A DNA stretch of 64,000 nt from an uncultured bacterium (lineage in GTDB: Bacteria > Patescibacteriota > Dojkabacteria > J137): positions 445,511 through 509,510 of the forward strand of contig OY969472.1 in the NCBI GenBank assembly GCA_963700155.1, read 5' to 3'. The translations under genes and the position numbers were made by a program. This document shows, in pieces, positions 56,652-64,000 of the stretch (the first letter of the stretch is position 1; each line of letters opens with the position of its first letter). Below the pieces are notes generated by a model. It made no database searches and was not told where the DNA came from. It saw only the letters and a list, made by a program, of their open reading frames with translations.

Positions 56652-59483
56652 ATGGCTTTACCACAGGGTCCTTACAATCCAAAAGAATCAGAAGCAGAAA
56701 TGCTTAAATTCTGGCTGGATAACAAATTTTATAAACCAGAATATAATCCAAAAACAGATAAGGTCGAAACTACAGAAGAGATGAAAGCGGACGCGCGTAA
56801 GCCATGGGCTTTAATTTGCCCTCCACCTAATGCTTACGCGCGTCCGCACATCGGCAATATCTCTGGTTATGCATACCAAGATGCAATGGCAAGATATGCA
56901 AGAATGAATGGTAAAAAAGTTTTGGTACTTCCAGGAAAAGATCATGCTGGGCTTGAAGGTGAAGGAGTTTTTGTTAGAGAAGTTTTAGAAAAACAGGGTA
57001 GATATAAATTCGATATGAAGAGAGAAGACTTCTATAACGAAATGATGGAGTTTTTCGAAAAGAATATGGATATAGCTTTAAAAGATGAAAGAGAAATTGG
57101 GCTTTCTGCAGATTTCGATAGAAATACTTTTACACTTGATCCTGATATAGTCGAAACTGTTTTAGATACTTTTGTTGAAATGTATAAAGCAGGAATGATT
57201 TATAAAGGAGTTAGAATTGTTAACTGGGACCCAAAAGCAAGAAGCGTTATAGCGGACAATCAATGTGAAAGAGAAGAACGAGAAGGAACTTTGTATTATA
57301 TAAAATATCCGATAGTTGATAGTTCTGAATTTATTACAGTAGCAACAACAAGACCAGAAACTATGTTTGGCGATACTGCAGTTGCTTTTAATCCAGATGA
57401 TAAAAGATATAAAAATTTAATTGGTAAAAAAGTAAGAATTCCACTAACCGATATTGAAATACCAATAATTACCAGTTTTAGAGTTTTAACGGATTTTGGC
57501 ACAGGAGCCTTAAAAATTACTCCAGCTCATGCACAAGATGATTACCAAATTATGATGGAGTGGAATAGCCAAAATCCGGATAACAAGATTAGCTATCGAA
57601 ATGTTATAGGACAAGATCTTAAACTAACAGGAGCTGTTCCTGCAAAATATAAAGGAAGAAAGTACAAAGAAGCACTACCTGAAATAATTGAAGATTTAAA
57701 ACAAGCTGGGAATTATGTAAAAGAAGAAAAAATCAAACAAAATATATTAATATCCGAAAGAACGAAAGCTATTGTTGAACCAGTAATTTCTTCACAATGG
57801 TATTTGAAATACGACAAAGAAGACCACAATATTAAAGAAGCTGCAATGAAAATGGTTCAAAATGGAGAAGTTAAGATTCATCCCGAGAATATGGTTCAAA
57901 AATTCAATCACTGGATGGAGAATTTAAGAGATTGGGCAATTTCGAGATCATTGTGGTGGGGATATAGACTTCCTGTTTGGTATGCTGGCCAGATTTCCGA
58001 AGAAATTGATGAAAATGGACAGGTCAAAGAATTTATTGAAATTAATGGTAAGAAAGAAGAGTTAGACTATTCAAATCCAGACCACCTAAGAGTTCAAAAA
58101 CTCTCTCCTGATATAAATAGTATCAACTTAATTTTAATCCCAGGTAAGCATGGTTATGCACACAAAGAACTTTATCCTACAATAAAAACTAAATTTAAAA
58201 ACACCTTAGAAATTAGAGTTAACAATATAGACAGCCCGAGTACCAATGATTATATAGAGGCTCTAAAGAAAATAGAATTTAACCAAAAAGATATAGTTTT
58301 AGCCCATTCACTCGGGTGTAGAGCCATTATTAGGTACATTTTGGATAATAAACTCAAGTTAAAACATCTTATACTTTTAGCTCCCGGTGCCAGATTAGAG
58401 GGTAGAAAAGATGGGAAAGATTCAAAATACCTGTATCTAATTACTAGTATTAAAGACTATAACAAATTAAGCAATTTAGTTGAAAAAATTACAGTAATAT
58501 ATTCAGATGATGATCCATTAGCATCAAAAGAGGATTTTGAAAAATTTATATTACTTTTAGGAGATAAAGCTGAAGGCATCCTAGAACAAGGTAAGGGGCA
58601 TTATTGTGAAGAGAAAGGAACATCTGATTCCAAAATATTAGATAGTATTCTTGCTCCCTACTCATCTGAACTTACAAACTCAATATGGCACCAAGATGAT
58701 AACGTTTTAGACACATGGTTTTCATCAGGACAGTGGGTTTATGCAATATTATCAAAATACAACTTAATGGATACATTCTTCCCTACAAATGTTTTAGTTT
58801 CAGCTTCAGATATTTTAGAAAATTGGGATTCAAGAATGATGATGTTTACTTACTTCAAACATAAAAATATTCCATTTAAAAACTTATTCTTAACAGGATT
58901 AGTTCTCGGAAAAGACGGACAAAAGATGAGCAAATCTCGAGGTAATATAGTTGATATTGATAGAGTAAAAGATATATTTGGAACAGACTCATTAAGAATG
59001 GCATATTTCTATCAAAATTCAGCAGGTGGATCTTATGTAATTTCTGATGACAAGTTAAAAAACTTTAAACAATTTAATAACAAACTTTGGAACGCTTCAA
59101 AATTTGTCTTAATGAATACAGAAAACTTAAAAGAATTTGAGGGAGATGAGTCTATTAGTAAGTGGAGCAATGAACTTTTACAATATATTGCTGATCTAAA
59201 AATTAAAATTACTGAAAATATAGAAAATTATGAATTTGGATATGCGACAGAAACACTTTATCAGGAATTCTGGCATACTTTCTGTGATAAATATATAGAA
59301 GAAAGCAAAGTACACTTATTAAATCAATCTGAAAGAATGGAAGTTCAAAGTACACTTTTATATACACTTAAAGAGTTTATAAAAATGCTTCACCCATTTA
59401 TCCCATTTATAACTGAAAAGATCTGGCAAGAAGTTCCTAAAAATAACTATGACCACAAAAGTTTAATGTACACCACTTGGTAA
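56652..59483 (+). CDS. valS: Valyl-tRNA synthetase with an in-frame inserted YdeN/RBBP9-type alpha/beta serine-hydrolase domain (~aa 485-675)
   Basis: ValRS hallmarks: ICPPPNAYARPHIGN (HIGH-type), the editing-domain GTGALKITPAHAQDDYQI, ISRSLWWGYRLPVWY, DTWFSSGQW, and KMSKSRGNIVD. Between LPVWY... and ...DTWFSS lies a segment of about 190 aa. It contains IPGKHGYAH, VLAHSLGCRAIIRYIL (the nucleophile elbow), LLAPGA, IYSDDDPLAS (Asp) and GKGHYCEEKGTSD (His). These match B. subtilis YdeN (LVAHSLGC..., SKDDQIVPF, HGGHFLEDEGFTS). This ValRS has no long C-terminal coiled-coil tRNA-binding domain. Confidence 0.85.
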   Translation: MALPQGPYNPKESEAEMLKFWLDNKFYKPEYNPKTDKVETTEEMKADARKPWALICPPPNAYARPHIGNISGYAYQDAMARYARMNGKKVLVLPGKDHAGLEGEGVFVREVLEKQGRYKFDMKREDFYNEMMEFFEKNMDIALKDEREIGLSADFDRNTFTLDPDIVETVLDTFVEMYKAGMIYKGVRIVNWDPKARSVIADNQCEREEREGTLYYIKYPIVDSSEFITVATTRPETMFGDTAVAFNPDDKRYKNLIGKKVRIPLTDIEIPIITSFRVLTDFGTGALKITPAHAQDDYQIMMEWNSQNPDNKISYRNVIGQDLKLTGAVPAKYKGRKYKEALPEIIEDLKQAGNYVKEEKIKQNILISERTKAIVEPVISSQWYLKYDKEDHNIKEAAMKMVQNGEVKIHPENMVQKFNHWMENLRDWAISRSLWWGYRLPVWYAGQISEEIDENGQVKEFIEINGKKEELDYSNPDHLRVQKLSPDINSINLILIPGKHGYAHKELYPTIKTKFKNTLEIRVNNIDSPSTNDYIEALKKIEFNQKDIVLAHSLGCRAIIRYILDNKLKLKHLILLAPGARLEGRKDGKDSKYLYLITSIKDYNKLSNLVEKITVIYSDDDPLASKEDFEKFILLLGDKAEGILEQGKGHYCEEKGTSDSKILDSILAPYSSELTNSIWHQDDNVLDTWFSSGQWVYAILSKYNLMDTFFPTNVLVSASDILENWDSRMMMFTYFKHKNIPFKNLFLTGLVLGKDGQKMSKSRGNIVDIDRVKDIFGTDSLRMAYFYQNSAGGSYVISDDKLKNFKQFNNKLWNASKFVLMNTENLKEFEGDESISKWSNELLQYIADLKIKITENIENYEFGYATETLYQEFWHTFCDKYIEESKVHLLNQSERMEVQSTLLYTLKEFIKMLHPFIPFITEKIWQEVPKNNYDHKSLMYTTW

Positions 59484-59505
59484 CAAGTTGTTTTATCTTC
59501 CTTAA

Positions 59506-59937
59506 TTGACGGTTTATATAAATGGGCTTTATAATCACACCAGTAATTATTATAGTATTTTAATGGACTATTTAGCACCTGAGAAAAGAGATCTTATAAA
59601 AGCAGCAGAATATGCTGAAACATCTACTTATCCAATCAGGGTACTTGCCAAAAAATATCAAGATATTAGAGCAATGTACGGCTACTCTTTAACACTCCCA
59701 GCTTTAGCAGTTTTCACTGGTTTGAGTTTACATGAAGTTCTAGAAATGTATATTTGTGACTTCATTGGAGAAAAAACTTTAGAAGATTTAAAATCTGAGC
59801 TAAGTTCTACAGAAACCCAAATTGAATTAAATGATATTGATTATGATCTTTCAGAGGAAACTAATGATTTGGAGAATAGAAGATCTAATTTGGTAAGTGC
59901 TATAAGATATTTAGAAACTGGTGAAATTTCTTACTGA
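59506..59937 (+). CDS. Hypothetical protein
   Basis: 143-aa ORF, 22 nt downstream of valS. No motif recognised. Confidence 0.4.
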   Translation: MTVYINGLYNHTSNYYSILMDYLAPEKRDLIKAAEYAETSTYPIRVLAKKYQDIRAMYGYSLTLPALAVFTGLSLHEVLEMYICDFIGEKTLEDLKSELSSTETQIELNDIDYDLSEETNDLENRRSNLVSAIRYLETGEISY

Positions 59938-60066
59938 AAGTATTCACAATTCCTTTATAGTTCACGTAATTCATTACAAACTTTTTACAATTCCATAACT
60001 TATAGCTTATAGTATTTTCTTAATATTTTAATAATAAATCATATTTTATTTATTATCTTATAGTCT

Positions 60067-60342
60067 ATGGAATTAATAGTGTGGATAATTGTAGGTGGAA
60101 TTGCCGGATGGATTGCTAGCATGATAGTTAATACAGATAAACAAATGGGGATGCTATCTAATATAGTTGTAGGAATGATTGGTTCAATAGTTGGTGGTGC
60201 AATTATTATTTTAATTCAAGGTGGAGGACTACAATTTAGCACTGGATTTAATGATTTTAATCTTGTCAGTATTCTCGTATCGATTTTAGGAGCTGTAATA
60301 TTGTTATGGATTGCAAAAGCCCTTAACAGAGGGAATCCATAA
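60067..60342 (+). CDS. GlsB/YeaQ/YmgE-family (transglycosylase-associated) small membrane protein
   Basis: MELIVWIIVGGIAGWIASMIV...GMLSNIVVGMIGSIVGGAII is the characteristic Gly-rich two-helix pattern of the PF04226 family. Confidence 0.7.
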   Translation: MELIVWIIVGGIAGWIASMIVNTDKQMGMLSNIVVGMIGSIVGGAIIILIQGGGLQFSTGFNDFNLVSILVSILGAVILLWIAKALNRGNP

Positions 60343-60356
60343 GTTATAAAAAAAGT

Positions 60357-60387
60357 GAAAAGAGGCGGTTTTTTCAAAACCGCCTCT
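60357..60387. terminator. Bidirectional terminator between convergent genes (AAAAGAGGCGGTTTT-ttc-AAAACCGCCTCTT)
   Basis: A 13-15-bp stem flanked by A-runs upstream and T-runs downstream. It lies between the stops at 60342 (+) and 60393 (-). Confidence 0.65.
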
Positions 60388-60392
60388 TCTAT

Positions 60393-61466
60393 TTACAAAT
60401 AGTTTTCTAAACCTTTTTCTTCCATTCTTTTTATTAGTTCCTTGATCTTAGCATTATCATCCTTATGAAATACTGCTAAAACATCTGGAGTATTAACAAT
60501 TACCATCCCATTCAGTCCTATAGTAGCAATTAATTTATTATCCTGAGTGTTATAAATCAAAGTATCTTTTGAATCCATATCAAAAGCCTCCCCTTTAACT
60601 AAATTTGATTCTTCTGATTCTTGAAGTGCTTCTTTAAATGCAATCCATTCACCAACATCACTCCAGCCCATATCGGTTAATAGAATTTTTGCATCTTTAG
60701 GTTTTAAATGTTCTGCAAATATATAGTCCGCTGATATTTTCTCTAAAGTTTTGAATTTTTCCATCGATCTTGTTTTGAAATTATTCTTCTTAATGTATTC
60801 AATTGTTTCAAAAAAATCAGGTCGAGACTGTTTTAATATTTTAAAGTACATCTTTGATGTTAAATTCCAATATCCTGGATTCCAACCATAATGTCCATTC
60901 TGAATGTACCTTAGGGCTTTTTCTTTATTAGGTTTCTCAACAAATTTCTTAAACTCATAATTACTTAAATTTTTTGAAACAAACTTAATCTTTTTTCCAA
61001 ATTTTACATATCCTCTATGTGGGGAAGGGAATCTTGCTGGGACAACAATAAGCGCGACTTTCTTTTCTTGATTTATTACACGCTCTGCCTCATTCAATGA
61101 TTCAATAAATACTTTAGGTTTTTTTATCAAATGATCGGACCATTGGATTGAAATTGGTTCATCTGGAGAAATATTATCAACATAAGCAACAGCTAAACTA
61201 ACAGCAGGTCCAGTATCTCTCATTTCTGGTTCAAAAATGAAATTCTTTATAGGAAGTTCTGGCAAAATATCTGTTACTTCCTTTTTATAACGAATTCCAG
61301 TACTTACGAAAATATCTTCGTCTTTAAATCCTTTTTTTAGTATTTCATATCTCAGTCTTAAAAGTGGCTTATCATTTACTATAGGTAAGAATTGCTTGGG
61401 AGATTTTCTCCTGCTGATAGGCCAAAACCTTTTCCCAGTTCCGCCTGCAAACAAAATAATCTTCAT
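60393..61466 (-). CDS. manC: Mannose-1-phosphate guanylyltransferase (GDP-mannose pyrophosphorylase)
   Basis: MKIILFAGGTGKRFWPISRRKSPKQFLPIV is the classic ManC N-terminal motif (GG.G.RLWPLSR...PKQF). 357 aa. Confidence 0.8.
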   Translation of the reverse strand: MKIILFAGGTGKRFWPISRRKSPKQFLPIVNDKPLLRLRYEILKKGFKDEDIFVSTGIRYKKEVTDILPELPIKNFIFEPEMRDTGPAVSLAVAYVDNISPDEPISIQWSDHLIKKPKVFIESLNEAERVINQEKKVALIVVPARFPSPHRGYVKFGKKIKFVSKNLSNYEFKKFVEKPNKEKALRYIQNGHYGWNPGYWNLTSKMYFKILKQSRPDFFETIEYIKKNNFKTRSMEKFKTLEKISADYIFAEHLKPKDAKILLTDMGWSDVGEWIAFKEALQESEESNLVKGEAFDMDSKDTLIYNTQDNKLIATIGLNGMVIVNTPDVLAVFHKDDNAKIKELIKRMEEKGLENYL

Positions 61467-61897
61467 TGGTGTTTATTCAAATTAAGTATTATTACTTTAA
61501 CATCACTTACTTTTAAAAACCATTCCAAAAAACTTATCAGTTTGAAGTAAAAATTACTTTTTAAAGACCTGACTCTTAAAAATATATATACCAAGAATAT
61601 TAATTAACATGAATAGTTATACTCATTCAGTGTATTCCTTTTCATAAATTTTACAATTTTCAAATACATCATTTACATATTTTTTTTAGTATGTAATTAG
61701 AGCTTTTATAGTTCGAATTTATTTGTTATCGACAAGCAAATGAATAAGAAAAGAATTCCAGAACTGCAAGTCGATGCATTGCCGTGGTTGATTAAAAGAA
61801 CATATGAGAAAAGTGTCTTGCAAAGTTTTGTAGAGATGGAATGAATTTATTGCATTTTAACTTTTACTGCTTTTACAAAACGAAGTGATTTAAATAA

Positions 61898-62518
61898 TCA
61901 TTTTGTTTTTCTGTTGTTTACGTCAAAAATTAATGCCGGGGCAATACTACTCAACATAATTACTATTCCAATAAACATCATTACACCATCAAAATAATCT
62001 TGATTAATATTTGAAATTAGTCCTGCAAATAAGCTGAATATAGCAATAGCTATACTTAAGACAGTATCATATAAAGCATAAGAGAATCCCTCTTTTTGAT
62101 CATCTAAATTTCTGGCAAAAAGCTTTCTCCAAGTTACTAAATTTAAAGCTGCTCCTAATCCAAATATAGCTTGTAAAACATAAAATACTCCAGCTGAAAG
62201 TATTATCGGATAGAATAAAAATGTAATACCCATTAACATATTTCCTATTGTAAGAAGGATAATATCATCCCTATCCCTTTTTATTTTATCAGTAATCAAA
62301 CCTATTGGAACTGAAGATGATGCTCTTACAAAATAGTAAATTCCAATTCCAACTCCAACAACCTCAATCGCATTCATCCTTAATTTGTTAGAAAGATAAA
62401 TTCCAACTAACGAAACTACAGCTGAATATAATCCCCAAGAAAAAATATCTGAACATGTCAAAAGCCAGATAACTTTATTTAATTCCATAACTTTTGCAAT
62501 ACTTCTCAAACGTTTCAT
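61898..62518 (-). CDS. Hypothetical polytopic membrane protein
   Basis: 206 aa with about 5 hydrophobic helices. No motif recognised. Confidence 0.45.
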   Translation of the reverse strand: MKRLRSIAKVMELNKVIWLLTCSDIFSWGLYSAVVSLVGIYLSNKLRMNAIEVVGVGIGIYYFVRASSSVPIGLITDKIKRDRDDIILLTIGNMLMGITFLFYPIILSAGVFYVLQAIFGLGAALNLVTWRKLFARNLDDQKEGFSYALYDTVLSIAIAIFSLFAGLISNINQDYFDGVMMFIGIVIMLSSIAPALIFDVNNRKTK

Positions 62519-62651
62519 TGTATTTATTTAACTATAGTATTAAACATAATATCAGAAAGTGAATCAAATTCTTACACTGACATAAACAAAATTAATCTAT
62601 AGATTGAATGAATAAATTTTTACATCGACTACTCTTTTTATAAATTCAAAA

Positions 62652-63050
62652 CTATCTAACTAAACTTACAATCACACCAGCAACCATGCTAGAAAACAAA
62701 AAATAGCCTGCATCAATTGCCAAAAGTCTAAATGATTTTCCTGCAAACATATAATTTGCAACAAAAGCTGGAGCAATAAATCCTGCCCACATTAAAGCTC
62801 CTAAGAATAATCCATCTGCAGCTGTCAATGTTCCAGTATAATGAACCAAAAATGAAAAAACTACCCCCATAACTAAAGCTGTTAATGCAGTAAACAAGTA
62901 CCCTATTCCAGGACCTTTATTCATTTCTTCCATATTTATACCTGTTTCTTTCATCCACATGTTAGCAAACAATATTTTTGAATACCAAATAAAACCAATA
63001 ACCATGCTTGAAATGGCGACTAGAACTGCTGCAACAAAATTTATCTGCAT
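62652..63050 (-). CDS. Small membrane protein, DUF1761-like
   Basis: 132 aa with 4 predicted TM segments. The N-terminus VIGFIWYSKILFANMW resembles the DUF1761 pattern (G.LWYSP.LFG..W). Confidence 0.45.
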   Translation of the reverse strand: MQINFVAAVLVAISSMVIGFIWYSKILFANMWMKETGINMEEMNKGPGIGYLFTALTALVMGVVFSFLVHYTGTLTAADGLFLGALMWAGFIAPAFVANYMFAGKSFRLLAIDAGYFLFSSMVAGVIVSLVR

Positions 63051-63255
63051 AATAAAAGAAACTAAGAAATAATATATAAATTTTATAGGAAATTATTATT
63101 TATATAAAGATTAATTAAACTACTTGTCGAGAAATTTAATATTATGTTGCGTGAAACATTTAATAAATTAGTTACGTAACAAATTTGTGTATATGCGATT
63201 AATTTTATATAGTAAATATGAGGTTTACATAAAAATTAGTTTTTAGTCATGAATA

Positions 63256-64000
63256 ATGAAAGAATACAAATTGAATGATAGATTATCTATTCCTGCGTTA
63301 GGATTTGGAACATGGCAAATCACAGGTAAAACTTGTACAGAAGCTGTGAAGACTGCTTTAGAAATAGGATATCGCCACATTGACACTGCAGAATCATACG
63401 GTAATCAAACTAAAATTATGAAAGCTTTAAAAGAAAGCACAGTAAAAAGAGAAGAAATTTTTTTAACTTCTAAGCTGTGGAAAACACATCTTCATAAAAA
63501 TGAAGCATATGAATCAGGGAAAAGAATATTAGACGAACTTGGTGTAGATTATCTTGATTTATTTTTAATACATTGGCCCATTAGGTCTGTCCCAATTATG
63601 GAAACTTTAGAGTCGTTATTTGAACTTAAAAGTAATGGGTATATAAAAGAGTGGGGGGTGTCTAATTTTACGATTCATCATCTTGAAGATATTATTGCAA
63701 GAGGAGTAGAAATTCCTCTAAATCAAGTTGAATTCCATCCATCATTAAACCAGAAAGAACTAAAAGATTTTTGTGATCAACATAATATCCAATTAACAGC
63801 GTATTCGCCAATTGCACAAGGTGCGGATTTAAAGCTCCCAGAAATACAGAAAATTGCCAAAGCCCATAACAGAAGCGAGTCTCAAGTGATTTTAAATTGG
63901 CTAATACAAAAAGGACTAGTTGCAATTCCTAAAGCAACCTCAAGAGAACATATTGAAGATAATTTTAAATGTACTGAGTGGGAACTTACAAAAGAAGAAT
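63256..64000 (+). CDS. Aldo/keto reductase (2,5-diketo-D-gluconate-reductase-like), C-terminus beyond window end
   Basis: MKEYKLNDRLSIPALGFGTWQI...GYRHIDTAESYGNQ...LDYLDLFLIHWP carries the AKR catalytic tetrad context (D-x-A-x-x-Y ... K ... H). It is open to the window end. Confidence 0.8.
   Translation, partial: MKEYKLNDRLSIPALGFGTWQITGKTCTEAVKTALEIGYRHIDTAESYGNQTKIMKALKESTVKREEIFLTSKLWKTHLHKNEAYESGKRILDELGVDYLDLFLIHWPIRSVPIMETLESLFELKSNGYIKEWGVSNFTIHHLEDIIARGVEIPLNQVEFHPSLNQKELKDFCDQHNIQLTAYSPIAQGADLKLPEIQKIAKAHNRSESQVILNWLIQKGLVAIPKATSREHIEDNFKCTEWELTKEE

Noticed and set aside
58100-58690. Possibility that the valS insertion is an intein
   Set aside because: There is no N-terminal Cys/Ser splice junction, no block B TxxH, no terminal His-Asn, and no homing-endonuclease motifs. 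Instead the segment has a GxSxG nucleophile elbow plus Asp/His of an alpha/beta hydrolase.
63692-63925. 77-aa minus-strand ORF
   Set aside because: It lies antisense inside the clearly recognisable aldo/keto reductase gene.
1-64000. tRNA, rRNA, integrase, transposase and restriction-enzyme genes
   Set aside because: I scanned both strands for T-loop-like boxes and for recombinase or transposase catalytic motifs (for example R..H..R..Y, DDE) and found none. The solitary methyltransferase at 47292-47954 has no adjacent endonuclease-like ORF (the neighbouring ORF is a Qng1-like protein), so I make no restriction-modification system call.

Overview
This is an AT-rich window (roughly one-third GC by eye). 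It uses the standard genetic code, with TGA acting as a stop, and has tightly packed genes. I infer that it comes from a small-genome monoderm bacterium with a CPR/Patescibacteria-like gene repertoire.

The two flanks carry housekeeping genes:
- recF (partial)
- a GT4 glycosyltransferase
- a short trigger factor
- trpS
- a phosphohexomutase
- a TsaC-TsaE fusion
- rpoB-rpoC-rpsL-rpsG
- ribA
- a DUF2419/Qng1-like queuosine-salvage gene
- an Elp3 plus Trm9-like pair
- valS
- manC
- an aldo-keto reductase (partial)

The middle of the window (about 9.4-36.7 kb, more than 40% of it) is one large cell-surface island, and the 8.8-9.4 kb ORF6N gene at its left edge marks a likely boundary. The island contains:
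- a Csc/WxL-like module of four secreted or anchored proteins
- two paralogous fibre proteins (1068 and 1755 aa), Gly/Thr/Ser-rich, carrying a phage tail-fibre-type self-cleaving chaperone (Peptidase S74-like) domain and a C-terminal H-type-lectin-like domain
- two paralogous giants of about 2180 aa, each a signal-anchor followed by DUF2341 and many Laminin_G_3/concanavalin-like modules. One carries cysteine-containing delta-60-like propeller repeats and is split by a +1 frameshift.
- two small single-pass membrane proteins that share a previously unnamed repeat of about 45 aa

The single most unusual item outside the island is in valS. An intact YdeN/RBBP9-type serine-hydrolase domain (AHSLGC ... 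DDDP ... GHY) is inserted in-frame into the ValRS catalytic core. A T-box-like leader sits upstream of the same gene.

I found no tRNA, rRNA, CRISPR array, integrase or transposase.
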